A stretch of 64,000 bases of DNA from an uncultured delta proteobacterium (GCA_963769935.1 CAVYNY010000016.1:320001-384000), one strand, 5' to 3'. Shown: positions 39,712 through 50,825, numbered from the stretch's first letter. Notes: generated by a model not told the origin, from the sequence alone. Numbers and translations: made by a program.

Positions 39712-40506
39712 TTATAATTCGGCCAGAAGTATATCCACCATTTCGGCAAATCCATAGCCTCCCTCGCGTTCCACCATCCAGGTGGGATAACACTCCAGCT
39801 GCCCCTTGAAATTTTTGACGTTGGCCACGCCGACTGCGTTCGGGAAATAGGCAAACATGGGCGCATCGTTGGGCGAGTCTCCCGTGTAAATGACCTGCTC
39901 CTTGATATCCGCCAGGCGCCGATCAAAGACGTCTTCAAACAGGATGCCGGTCATGGTGAGTTTGTCATAATCGCCGAACCAGCCGTTGACGTGAATCGAG
40001 CTGACCTTGGCCCGGGCCCCGGCCCCGGCAAAACAAGCTACAATGGCATCGATGTCTTTTTGGGGCAGCCGCTGGATGTCTTCACAGTAGTCGATGGCCA
40101 GATCCGCTTCCCGGTAGGCCTGATCCGCCGACACCCGGCAGCCGGGAATCTTCTGCAAAATCTGGTGCCTGAGGTTTTCCAGGCGCCTGCGATCCGCTGC
40201 CCGCTGCTTCTCCGGTTTGAAATAGCGCCGCAGCATTTTCTTTTGGGATTCATCGTAGCGGAAGTAAAAGGCGCCGTTTTCACCCACCAGCCCCTCGACG
40301 GGCCACATGCGCGCGATGTGGTCACACCAGCCGGCCGGCCGGCCGGTAATGGGTATGGTAGGAATGCCCGCCGCTTTTAAGCGTTCCATGGCTTCAAAGA
40401 CCACCGCCGGCAGCCGGCCATGATTGGTGAGGGTATCGTCGATATCGGTCAAAACATATCTGATGTTTCTCTTTACTGAGGCAGGAATCTGCTCAAAGGG
40501 TTTCAT
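39712..40506 (-). CDS. HAD-IIB family hydrolase
   Basis: DIDDT, TGR, SSIHVNGW and GDSPND motifs. Confidence 0.92.
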   Translation of the reverse strand: MKPFEQIPASVKRNIRYVLTDIDDTLTNHGRLPAVVFEAMERLKAAGIPTIPITGRPAGWCDHIARMWPVEGLVGENGAFYFRYDESQKKMLRRYFKPEKQRAADRRRLENLRHQILQKIPGCRVSADQAYREADLAIDYCEDIQRLPQKDIDAIVACFAGAGARAKVSSIHVNGWFGDYDKLTMTGILFEDVFDRRLADIKEQVIYTGDSPNDAPMFAYFPNAVGVANVKNFKGQLECYPTWMVEREGGYGFAEMVDILLAEL

Positions 40507-40813
40507 TTTCAAGTCACTTTCGGGATAATTAACTTTAACGCTGCACAAATCAGCATAGCTAATTTTAAAAGTGTAGACATAAGACCGCCGCTTTTGCGAG
40601 ATCGATGCTGGATGCTCGATACTTGATGCTGGATATTCAGGAATGGACCCGGAATGAGATCCAGAAAAAACAAGTATCCGGAGAACCAGTATCTCTCCGA
40701 GGCGCAGGCTCTACGAGCCGGAGGCCAGGATCGCGTGATATTGCCAATACTCCAGCACTCCAAGGTCGAGGCATTCACGGGCTTCTGACAAGTTTCAAGT
40801 GCTTTAATATTGT

Positions 40814-43800
40814 TTATGGTTTCGTAAAACTGTGGAGAATACCTTCTTTGTGAGGACTCTTTAACTCATGGGGATGCGTTAGGCAAGCAGATTTTTGATG
40901 AACCTGAATTGAGCGATTGCCGGGCGAATGTGATTTTAGTCTTTTAAAATTCCGATTTCGAATTTTCGCAACGGCAGGGTTTAGTAGAACCAAAAGAACC
41001 GGCAGCAAAATTATTGCCGCTAATCCCAGCTTCCGTGCCTGCTGCCAAAGGGACGCCGGTTGGTCCGGCGGTTGATTGCCGCTGCCGGCAGCGGCCGATA
41101 TAAAACAGGTGAGATCTTCCGGAATGATGCCGTCAAACAATTTATCGATCGGCGAATCGGAGCCGCCGCCGTTCGGGTCGGTTTCCGATCCAAAGGCCAG
41201 AGGATCGACGATGATTCCGTTCGCGATGCCGTCTGCGTCACCGAATCCCCCGTCTTTAATGGTTAGATACACCTCTTTGCGGTTGGCGCTGAATTCGGTG
41301 AAGTCGGAATAATCCAGCCAGATCCCGTCAACCGGATCATATTTGAAGCAATTTCCTTCTTTGAAAGCCGACTTGGAGAGATAGATGGTAACCGTCGTCT
41401 CATCGCCGGGTTGGTTCACCAGCAATTTGAAATCAAGCAATCCAAATTCGATAAAGTTCGGCTTGCCTTTGGTTTTGGCAACCAGCTGCGGGTCGGCAGG
41501 GTCTTCGGCTCCGAGCGAAATGATTGAATTGGCATTTCCAGCGTCTCGAATGCTGACACAAATTTGAACGTGGCCCTCTTGCTCGGCCACGTTCACACAC
41601 TTGATGTCGGTTTGAGCGATGTCCATGGTACCGTCGCGATCAATATCCTGATATTCCGAAACTTCCTGATCATCCGGCACCCCGTTTCCATTCAGATCCT
41701 GCAAGGCATCAGCGGTGGTGAATTCTCTTTCAGCAGACCATTCCGACGGTGCATCCTGGCTGTCGATAAATCTGGCTTGCCAGATATACTCGGTGTCTGG
41801 CTTCCAGGATCTGTCTGGGGATCGTCATCGAGGTCAATGAGGCTGAAGAGGTGACATCAAATACACACTGATCATCAAAGGCCCGGATCACTTTCCACCG
41901 GGTTTTTCGATGAACATCATTGACGTTGGCATCCGAAAATTCGCCGGTTCCCAGCTGCGGCGTCAAGTCCGACCGTCGCCTTGTTTTCGGGAGTCAACAG
42001 GGCCGGCGGATCCGGTTTGAAATTTCCTTCATTGTAATTCGGTTGGCTGCCCAAATTGTACTCGTTGATATTGCTGATCTCGTCACCGTCCGGATCATCG
42101 GCGGCATCATTCTTCAATGGATTCAGGCCGTATGCAATCTCCCAGGTATCCGGCATGCCGTCATTGTCGTCGTCCTCATCGGCGTTGTTGCCCAGGCCGT
42201 CGCCGTCCGTATCGATTGTTTCTGTCGGATCCAGCGGGAAAGCATCCTGGTCGTCGGCCACACCGTCCCCGTCGCTGTCGACTACCGCCGGTTTGGTGAT
42301 CTCAACCACACACGTATCGACATCGGACAGACCGCCGGCATCCATTACGGTGAGTTTAAAGGTTAACTGTTCTCCGTCTGTCAATATCTGGGGTGCAACA
42401 AAGGTGGTTTCGGACTGGTTGGGAGTTGAAAGCGTCACCGCTGCTCCACCGGTCTGTTCCCAGGTATAGCCGACAATATTATGGTCGGGATCAGTTGAAC
42501 CGGAAGCACTGAGTATGACGGCAGTGCCTTCTTCAACGGATTGATCGCTGCCCGCATTGCTCACCGGTGCTGAATTCTCGGTAGATATCGTCACCGTATC
42601 CGGTGCGCTGCTGACCGTGCCGTCGTTGACAATCAGCTGGAGGGTGTAGGTTCCGGCGGCATCAACCACAAAGGCCGGTTTCTGAACTTTGGTGTCGGCC
42701 AACGTTGCGTGGCTGCCGCCGGGTTTCGCGACAAACGACCAGTTAAAAGACAGGCTGTCGCCATCCACGTCGCTGGAGCCGCTGCCGTCCAGCTGCACCG
42801 TGTCGTTGACCAGGACCGCCTGATCCGCTCCGGCATCGGCCACCGGAGCTGAATTCTCCGTGGATATCGTCACCGTATCCGGCGCACTGTCCACCGTTCC
42901 GTCGTTGACGATCAACTGCACCGTGTAAGTACCGGCGACATCAACATCGAAAGTGAGGTTTGACGACATGGGTATTGGACAGCGCTGCATGGCTGCCGCC
43001 GGGTTTAGAGACTATTGACCATCGATAGGTCAATGCATCGCCATCGGCATCGCTGGAGCCGCTGCCGTCCAGCTGCACCGTGTCATTGACCAGAATCGCC
43101 TGATCCGCTCCGGCATCGGCCACCGGGGCCGAGTTCTCAGTGGATATCGTCACCGTATCCGGCGCACTGTTCACCGTGCCGTCGTTGACGATCAGCCGCA
43201 CCGTATAGCTGCCGGCAACATCAACGTCAAAGGTGGGCTTCATGGCGGTGGTGTCGGACAACGTTCGCCTGGCTGCCGGCCGGCCGGGAGACAAACGACC
43301 ACGTAAAGGACAGACTGTCCCCATCCACATCGCTGGAGCCGCTGCCGTCCAGCTGCACCGTGTCGTTGACCAGCACCGCCTGATCGGCTCCGGCCGCAGC
43401 CACAGGAGCTGAGTTTTCAGTGGAAATCGTCACCGTATCCGGCGCACTGGTCACCGTGCCGTCGTTGACGATCAGCCGCACCGTGTAGGTACCGGCGACA
43501 TCCACTACAAAGGTGGGTTTCAAAACTTTGGTGTTCGACAGCGTGGCGCTGCTGCCTCCCGGACGGGAGACAAATGACCACGTAAAGGACAGGCTGTCCC
43601 CATCAACGTCGCTGGAGCCGCTGCCGTCCAGCTGCACCGTGTCGTTGACCAGCGCCGTTTGATCGGCGCCGGCGTTGCTGACCGGGGCCGAATTATCGGT
43701 GGAAATCGTTACCGTATCCGGTGCACTGTTCACAGTGCCATCATTGACGATCAGCCGCACCGTGTAGGTGCCGGCAACATCGACGATGAAAGTGGGTTTC

Positions 43801-45085
43801 ACGGCATTGGTACTGGACAGCGTCGCGTTGCTGCCGCCCGGTCGGGAGACAAACGACCAATTGTAGGTCAAACTATCGCCATCCGCATCGCTTGAATTGC
43901 TGCCGTCAAGCTGCACCGTGTCATTGACCGGGACGGTTTGATCAGCGCCGGCGTTGCTGATCGGCGCCGAGTTCAGCGTAGTAACGATCACCGTATCCGG
44001 TGCGCTGTTCACAGTTCCATCATTGACGATCAGCCGCACCGTGTAAGCTGCCGGCGACATCGACCACGAAAGGTGGGTTTCACGGCTTTGGTGTTGGATA
44101 ATGCCGCGCTGCTGCCGCTCGGTCGGGACATAAAAGACCAATTGTAAGTCAGACTGTCCCCATCGGATCGCTTGAATTGCTGCCGTCAAGCTGCACCGTG
44201 TCTGACACCAGGACCGCCTGGTCGGCGCCGGCATTGCTGACCGGCGGTTGATTATCGGCCACGAAGCTTGCCGCAATCGTATGATCGCTGGCTGACATTA
44301 TGGAAGGTATACGTCGTTACAGCACCGACAGAGGATCCATCAACTACTACATCTGCAACATGATAGTATTGATTCGGGCTGATGGAAAAGGATTGATCGG
44401 CCCCGTTGCTTACCTTTACCGGACCGGCGGGAGAAATGCTGCCGTTTGCACCGGCTGAAGCAGTGATGGTGTGCGGTTGAATATCGATGCTGAGGTCCAG
44501 ACAGGCCGACCAGCCGGATGCGGCATTGTGGGTGTCCTGCGACTGGGCTTTTATGCAATAGCTGCCGACCGAGGAAAAGGCGTGTGTCCGGGAGTCGGCG
44601 CCGCCCCAGCCCGAGGTATTGCCGTCGCCCCAGTCAAATCGATAGGTCAGCGAATCTCCGTCAGGGTCCGTCCCGGAGGTATTGAAGGCGTAACTCGTTT
44701 GGACGAATCCGCTGGCCGGACCTGTCGGCTTGGCGGGCGTATTGGGTGCCGAGTTGGCAGTCGGCACAGTGTAGACGAGTTCCTGAGAGTAATCGCTTGC
44801 GTTGTCGGATGTATCGTAGGCCTTGACTGCAAAGTAATAGGTCGTTCCTTCAATAAGACCCGTCAGGGTGTATTCGGTATTATTGCCCACATCGATGCTG
44901 TTTGAATAACTTCCGCTGGAGGTGCCGTAGAAAAATATATAACCGGCCAGATCGGACTCGTTGTTGGCGTCCCAGGCAACTGTGACATCCGCCGCCGAAG
45001 CGCCGGACACCGCCAACAGGAGAAATAAAGGAAGTAAAGCAATTAATTTAAAACACTTTTTAATGGGTAACGGTAAGCTATTCAC
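40814..45085 (-). pseudogene. Large surface protein: signal peptide, FN3, PKD, seven PKD-like repeats, Ca-binding DxDGDG repeats, choice-of-anchor U-like domain, CFI-box/TM tail; multiply frameshifted as assembled
   Basis: ORFs 44252-45133, 43227-44276, 42941-43330, 41917-42990 and 40814-41704 continue one another; GTG start after GAGGTG; DGGFGDADGIANGIIVDP; TCFISAA followed by a TM. Confidence 0.8.
42295..44250 (-). repeat. Tandem 279-bp (93-aa) PKD-like repeats, about 7 units
   Basis: NSAP codons at about 43969, 43690, 43411, 43131, 42851 and 42572 (spacing 279 or 280). Confidence 0.85.
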
Positions 45086-45147
45086 ATCAGCACCTCGACA
45101 AACTTTTTTTGCTGCACGAACCGGACTCAGCAAAAGTGCTGATGTCG

Positions 45148-45236
45148 CTCGGCAGCCCTGCTACCTTTCCAAGGGTAAAGGATTACGGCCAGTGGCTTTG
45201 CGTCCCGTCCTTTCAGACGGTTTGCCCTTACGAGCT
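45148..45236 (-). ncRNA. Cyclic di-GMP-I (GEMM) riboswitch
   Basis: GGGCAAACCGTC-TGAAAG-GACGGGACGCAAAGCCACTGGCCGTAA...GGTAGCAGGGCTGCCG in the 5' leader of the surface-protein gene. Confidence 0.88.
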
Positions 45237-45266
45237 TAAAAAATCATTTCCCGCGGAAGTTCTTAG

Positions 45267-45282
45267 AGCAAAACAGGTGCCA
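45267..45282 (-). promoter_or_regulatory. Sigma54 (-24/-12) promoter
   Basis: TGGCAC-CTGTT-TTGCT, consensus spacing, about 30 nt upstream of the riboswitch. Confidence 0.75.
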
Positions 45283-45683
45283 TGATGTAGTCGGCAGGTA
45301 AAAAAAGAGAAGTTCGCCGGAAACCCGGCGGCAGATAAGTACAAAAAAATATTCGAAATTTTTATAGGGTTGAGAGGATCTTGCTTTTAGAAAGAAAATT
45401 TGAACATTAATGCAATCCGCGCAAAGAATTGCAAAAAGAAATGATTATGAGTAAATTGTTACCTAGACTCCCGGCTTGCGATGTATGAATAATTATTCGT
45501 GGATCGTATAATTTAGAATACACGCGGCGGGGAAAAGACGGAAGAACAGCTGGGGCCGAAGGTACTACACTAAAACCGAAATCAGGCTTGGTAGAAGTGG
45601 CACCTGCAAAGGCAGGAAATTAATAGCACTCAGTAACATTGACCACATTTTGTCGATGTCGGTTTGTTTGGCGCCGAATTGAT

Positions 45684-47444
45684 TCAGGTCTCCTTTGATT
45701 CATCGATCATCAGCAAACTTAACGGGATCGGACGGGCCGGCGGCCGGGTGGTCACCATTTTAATTTCGGCCGGGTCGGCGCCAAACTCCCGGACCAGTAT
45801 GGCGGCAATGGACGGCTGGCAATTGGTGCCCTGGCAGTACCCCATTCCGCTGCGGGTCCGTTTTTTGATATCATTCAGGTTCATTGTTCCCGCCCGGGCG
45901 GCCTTGCGGATCTCACCGGCCGTGATACCCTCGCAGCGGCACACGACGGTATCGTCGGTCACATTGGCATACAGATCCGGGTAAACCTGATAGATTCGAT
46001 CCATGGCCCGCCGGAACCGGCCCATGGATTCAAGCCGTCTGAGTTCAGGCAGGGCCGCCTGCACGGCCTGATCCCGGGAAATGCCGCCGGCATGGGCCGT
46101 CGCATGCAGTCCGGCAATGGTGCCCTGCATTTTCGCCACCAGCACGCCGGCAATGCCGGCGCCGTCGCCGGCCACAAAAATTCCGGGCTGGTCGGTCTGC
46201 ATGTTTTCATCAAAATAAGGCACCCATCCGCCCATCAGCGGATTATAAACATGCCGGCAGCCAAGCATACCGGTCAGCCAGACCGACGGTATCAGACCGT
46301 AGCCGATACACACCGTATCCACTTCAAAGGTCTTCTCGGAGCCCGGCACCGGGCCGCCGCGGGAATCCACGGCAACGACCACGGCGGCCTTCACCTGCCC
46401 TTCGCCCTGAATGCTGCGCAGCGCATGGGATCGCAGCATCTGAACCCCGGCGCGTTTGAGGCGGTACATGTAGGTGAGCCCCTGCCTGATCAGGCCCGGC
46501 TGGCGCAGTAAATCCGGCAGATACCGCCAGGCGCGCAGCGTCGCTGCCGATTCCGCCAGGGCCACGACCTCCATTCCGGCGTTGAGCATCTGATTGGCCA
46601 CCACCAGCGGCAACGGTCCCGTGCCGGCCAGCAACACCCGGCTGCCGGGCCGCACCCGCTGGCTTTTCAAAAGCACCTGGGCGCCGCCGGCCGTCATGAC
46701 CCCGGGCAGCGTCCAGCCGGGCACCGGCACCGGGCGCTCGTAGGCGCCGCTGGCGACAATGATCGCCCGGGCATCCAGCAAAATCAGCTCATCATTGCGG
46801 GCGACCGCCAGCTGGTTGGATTCAAATGCCGACCACACCAGAGCGTCGTTCCAGATTTCAACAGTGTCGGAAAGCTCCCGCACCTGTCCGAGCAGCGATT
46901 TTCCATCCGCATAATCAGATCCCAGGATGGTGGAATCTTTTACCTGAAAGGTAGGCGGAAGCTGCCGGTAGATCTGTCCGCCGGCCTGCAAATTTTCATC
47001 GATCACCAGAACCCGGGTGCCGGCCCGCGCCGCGGCAATTGCAGCACTGAGGCCGGCCGGGCCGCCGCCGACAATGACCAGCGGCACTTTTTTGCGCACC
47101 AGACGACCCGGCGCAGGTTCGGGTGCCTCAAGTTCTATCCGGCCATACCCTTCCTGCAGCGTGATTTGCTGACCGGCGCCGACCGGCGTAATGCACGCTC
47201 TGACATTGGGTCGGCCGTCAACCGTGACCAGACACCCGTGGCAGGTTCCCATGCAGCAGTAAAGGCCCCGGGGGTCTTTGGCCTGCTCCGTCCGGCGAAA
47301 TTCCCGGATGCCGGCTGCCGCCAGCGCCGCTCCGATGCTCTCGCCTTCATAGGCCCGCACCGGCTGCGCATTGACGAAAATTTCAATTTCCTTGCCGCGG
47401 GTAATCCCGCTTTGAATGCGATTGTCCTTAATTGGTTGATTCAT
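45684..47444 (-). CDS. 2Fe-2S + FAD/NAD(P) oxidoreductase + BFD-like fusion (HcnAB/opine oxidase/proline dehydrogenase alpha type)
   Basis: YCCMGTCHGC..RAC, GGGPAG, ASGAYERP, VCRCE, GMGYCQG. Confidence 0.9.
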   Translation of the reverse strand: MNQPIKDNRIQSGITRGKEIEIFVNAQPVRAYEGESIGAALAAAGIREFRRTEQAKDPRGLYCCMGTCHGCLVTVDGRPNVRACITPVGAGQQITLQEGYGRIELEAPEPAPGRLVRKKVPLVIVGGGPAGLSAAIAAARAGTRVLVIDENLQAGGQIYRQLPPTFQVKDSTILGSDYADGKSLLGQVRELSDTVEIWNDALVWSAFESNQLAVARNDELILLDARAIIVASGAYERPVPVPGWTLPGVMTAGGAQVLLKSQRVRPGSRVLLAGTGPLPLVVANQMLNAGMEVVALAESAATLRAWRYLPDLLRQPGLIRQGLTYMYRLKRAGVQMLRSHALRSIQGEGQVKAAVVVAVDSRGGPVPGSEKTFEVDTVCIGYGLIPSVWLTGMLGCRHVYNPLMGGWVPYFDENMQTDQPGIFVAGDGAGIAGVLVAKMQGTIAGLHATAHAGGISRDQAVQAALPELRRLESMGRFRRAMDRIYQVYPDLYANVTDDTVVCRCEGITAGEIRKAARAGTMNLNDIKKRTRSGMGYCQGTNCQPSIAAILVREFGADPAEIKMVTTRPPARPIPLSLLMIDESKET

Positions 47445-47573
47445 CCCTACACTCATTCTTTGTTTAAAATTCAAGGAATGGATTCTTTTATATTTTAAAA
47501 AAGTAAAATAGAATCCATTCCACCAATCAATTCCAGCTTTGGAATCTCTAAACCCGAAGCCTTTCAACCCGCG

Positions 47574-48671
47574 TTAGGCAAACCGCCCGGGGCTGAAGGC
47601 TTCCATAGGGTGTTCGGTGCGGCCGTCGACAATCATTTCACTGACGGCTTTGCCGGTGCTGGCACTGAAGCGCACACCGGTGCGCCCATGGCCGGAGGCG
47701 ACCAGCAGCTTCGCGCAGCCGGGCACTGAACCGATCACCGGCAGATTGTCCTCGCAGATGGGCCGGAAACCGGCAAAAAAGCGCAAGGCCCGCACCGCGG
47801 CCAGCATGGGTACAGCCCGGATGAAAGCCCGGGTGAAGGCCGTTAATTTTTCCAGCGTAATCCGGTTTTCGAATCCCACAAATTCCGTGTGGCTGCCAAG
47901 ATAAAAATTACCGCTGGCCGTTTGTCGGGCATACAGGTGATCGACAAACAGGAGCACCCGGTCGGTCATCCGGGGACAGGCTTCGGTAAGAATAACCTGG
48001 CCGCGGGCCGGCACGATGGGTATCTGAAGCCCCAGGGAAGACAGGATTTGCGGGGTGTGCGCGCCGCCGGCCACCACCACCCAATCGCCCTGAAAATCGC
48101 CCCGATTCGTCACCACCTTTTCAACCTTGTCGCTGCCGACCACGATATCCTGAACCTCAACGCCGTATTCAACCCGGCCGCCCTGCCGCAGCGCAGCATT
48201 CAGATAGGCTTCACCCAGACGAAACGGATTCACATGGAAACTTGCCGGGTTGAAGATCGCGGCGGTCACCTGCGGTGCCAGCAGCGGCTCAAAATCAAGC
48301 GCCTCCCTGCCGTCCAGCAGCCGGCAGTCGATGCCCATCTGGCGGATTTCATCATAAAACGGCCGGATTGCGCCGGCTTCCTGCTCGTCAAAGGCTGCAT
48401 ACAGGGACCCGCCCCGGATAATTTCAAGCGGCGGGTCAAAATTCTGCTCGTGATCCAGGAACAGCTGGTAGCTTTCCAGGCTTAACGGCCGCAGCGGTGC
48501 CGGTGTGCTCCCGCTGCCGCTGATGCTGATAATCGCCGCGGTGCTGCCGGTGGCGCCGCAGACCAGATGGTTGCGTTCCAGCACAAGGACCTTCGCACCC
48601 CGCCCGGCCAGAAAATAAGCGCAGGCCGTTCCGATAACCCCACCGCCAATGATAATGACATCCGATTGCAT
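47574..48671 (-). CDS. FAD-dependent amino-acid oxidase/dehydrogenase (DAO family, HcnC-like subunit)
   Basis: IIGGGVIG, PARGQ, AGFRP, ASGHGRTG. Confidence 0.9.
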   Translation of the reverse strand: MQSDVIIIGGGVIGTACAYFLAGRGAKVLVLERNHLVCGATGSTAAIISISGSGSTPAPLRPLSLESYQLFLDHEQNFDPPLEIIRGGSLYAAFDEQEAGAIRPFYDEIRQMGIDCRLLDGREALDFEPLLAPQVTAAIFNPASFHVNPFRLGEAYLNAALRQGGRVEYGVEVQDIVVGSDKVEKVVTNRGDFQGDWVVVAGGAHTPQILSSLGLQIPIVPARGQVILTEACPRMTDRVLLFVDHLYARQTASGNFYLGSHTEFVGFENRITLEKLTAFTRAFIRAVPMLAAVRALRFFAGFRPICEDNLPVIGSVPGCAKLLVASGHGRTGVRFSASTGKAVSEMIVDGRTEHPMEAFSPGRFA

Positions 48672-48989
48672 TCCGTAAGCATCCTATTCGCTTTAGCGTT
48701 ATTTTTCTTCTCTATAATTAAATTTTAGATTTGCCAATAGCAAAGTATCCAAGCCCGGAGGATCAGGTTTTCTAAATTGGATCGGTTTTTTTCTTGACCT
48801 GCAAAAGGAGACCCGGGTAATAACAAGCTACGGGCTTCGCCCCAATCGGTCTGCGGCCCTCAGGGACTGCTCCTCTAAGGGAATGTTGGAATTTTGGAAA
48901 ATCGGTTGCAGAAGCTCCGAGACGCGGCAGCCTGAACGACCAGCACATTATTTTGTCGAATAAACATTCTTTGCGGGATCATTGCGAAT

Positions 48990-49559
48990 ATGGCACAAAA
49001 ACGGATTAACTATCAGTCGGTTGTGCTTATCATATTAATCTCTGCTGCCCTGTTGGTGTTTTTTGCCCTGCGGCAGAAGGACTCGCTTTTACAATACCTG
49101 AATCCGGAAGCGGTGGCCGTCAACCGGCCGGCCCCCGATTTTACATTGCCCGACCTCGACGGCCGGATGGTCAGCCTGTCCGGCCATCGCGGCAAGGTTG
49201 TGGTCGTCAATGTGTGGGCCACCTGGTGCCCTCCCTGTGTGGAAGAGATGCCGTCGTTGGAAAAATTGTACCGGGAATTTAAAGCGGAAAACTTCGCAAT
49301 CCTGGCCGTCAGCATCGATTCGGCGGGAGCCGCTGCCGTGGCGCCGTTTATGAAAAAGCACGGACTGACCTTTCCCGCCTTGATTGACCCCCAGGCAACC
49401 ATTCGAACCAGTTATAGAACCACCGGCGTTCCGGAAACATTCATCATCAACAAGAAAGGCATATTGATGAAAAAGGTCATCGGCCCTCAGGACTGGGCCG
49501 CTCCTGAAATCCTGCGCTATATCCGCCAACTGGTTCAAGAGCCTTATTCCGCAGAGTAA
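48990..49559 (+). CDS. TlpA/ResA family thiol-disulfide oxidoreductase
   Basis: N-terminal TM, APDFTL, WATWCPPC, GVPETF. Confidence 0.93.
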   Translation: MAQKRINYQSVVLIILISAALLVFFALRQKDSLLQYLNPEAVAVNRPAPDFTLPDLDGRMVSLSGHRGKVVVVNVWATWCPPCVEEMPSLEKLYREFKAENFAILAVSIDSAGAAAVAPFMKKHGLTFPALIDPQATIRTSYRTTGVPETFIINKKGILMKKVIGPQDWAAPEILRYIRQLVQEPYSAE

Positions 49560-49648
49560 AATGCCGGAGCCGCGATTGCAACGCCATATATAGCTGCCAA
49601 GGCGGCATTAAATAGATAAGATACCAAAAATATTAAACTTTCAATCTT

Positions 49649-49801
49649 GATGAAATCGTAAAAGGTAGCGATTCCGGATTTTTATGGATTCCCACCTGCG
49701 CGGCAATGACAATAATTATATTGATATCGGTTAGTCAAAACAGCTGTCATACCCGCGCAGGCGGGGATCCAGTCGTTAGAATCACTTTTTACCATATCAT
49801 C
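49649..49801. mobile_element. MITE with TIRs and 6-bp target duplication
   Basis: GATGAAATCGTAAAAGGT ... ACTTTTTACCATATCATC flanked by AATCTT at 49643-49648 and 49802-49807; contains two RPE-like hairpins. Confidence 0.75.
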
Positions 49802-50078
49802 AATCTTTAATTTTCAATCAAAAAGTGAGCTGAAAATTGTGCGATCAATTACTCAAGGCCATGCAAAACGCCATCCGGGAAGTCCGGCGATGGCCCAAAA
49901 AAGAAGTTCAATGGTTTCACGTCGAAAATCGATTTGCACCCATGGGGGTCAAAATGATCGGGGTCTTCTGCGACGCCGTCAAGAACGCGGCCTATGTTGA
50001 TCCGGAGCGCTATGTAGCCGGTTTTCAAATTATTCCGGACCAGATTCCGGGCTTCGGTTCGGTATCGGGGATCAGTTT

Positions 50079-50336
50079 GTGTTAAATGAGGTGCCGGGCT
50101 ATAAAAAGAAAAAAGAACACCAGCAGGTTGATTCCATTAATCACATGATGGATGTCATGCAAATCGACGTCAAAAAAAATCCCATCAAAATCACCTTCGG
50201 CGGATCGGAGTTGGCCGGCTCAGGTGTCGGTGCCAGCGCCGCCCACTGCGTTTCACTGGCCCGGGCGCTGAATGCGGAATTCGACCGCGGTCTTTCCATC
50301 GAGGAAATCAATCATTATGGAAAAGGAGGGCTATAA
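50079..50336 (+). pseudogene. GHMP kinase (mevalonate kinase-like) internal fragment
   Basis: ITFGGSELAGSGVGASAAHCVSLARAL GHMP ATP-binding loop; both ends missing. Confidence 0.6.
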
Positions 50337-50384
50337 GGTCATCCGGGCCGCGGTGGGGGGGTATGTCGTGAATACTTGATATTC

Positions 50385-50444
50385 GTAGGTTGGGTTGATC
50401 CGCCTAGGCGGACAACATCATCGATCGGGCTCAACCCAACCTAC
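50385..50444. repeat. GTAG-type REP doublet with inserted mini-hairpin
   Basis: GTAGGTTGGGTTGA ... TCAACCCAACCTAC perfect 14-bp arms; TCCGCCTAGGCGGA inside. Confidence 0.7.
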
Positions 50445-50555
50445 CATAAATCGGACTTTTCGTTTAGGCACCAGTTAAGAAGCCCACCCCGGATTCCAAC
50501 CCATAGGGTTTTCAACCCGGAGTAGGGATCAAATTTTCAATGTTAGAACGAATGC

Positions 50556-50825
50556 CTATTTAACAGCCTCTTTTAATGATTTGCCGGCCGTAAATTTGGG
50601 AGCTTTGGATGCCTTGATCTTGATCTCTTCGCCGGTTTGGGGATTGCGTCCCTTTCTAGCTTTTCTTTTCGTCACTTTGAAGGTCCCAAAACCAACCAGG
50701 GTCACCGCATCTCCCTTTTTCAACGCCTTGGTGATGGATGAAAATACACAATCCACTGCTGCCTGAGCATCCTTTTTGGTACCGACAACTTCGGCCACTT
50801 CGTTGACTAAATCGCCTTTATTCAT
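50556..50825 (-). CDS. hup: HU family DNA-binding protein
   Basis: [26 protein letters not shown]. Confidence 0.96.
   Translation of the reverse strand: MNKGDLVNEVAEVVGTKKDAQAAVDCVFSSITKALKKGDAVTLVGFGTFKVTKRKARKGRNPQTGEEIKIKASKAPKFTAGKSLKEAVK

Noticed and set aside
23480..50547. 15-nt match TTTTCAATGTTAGAA at ~23480 and ~50533
   Set aside because: AT-rich, two copies, no shared context; may be chance
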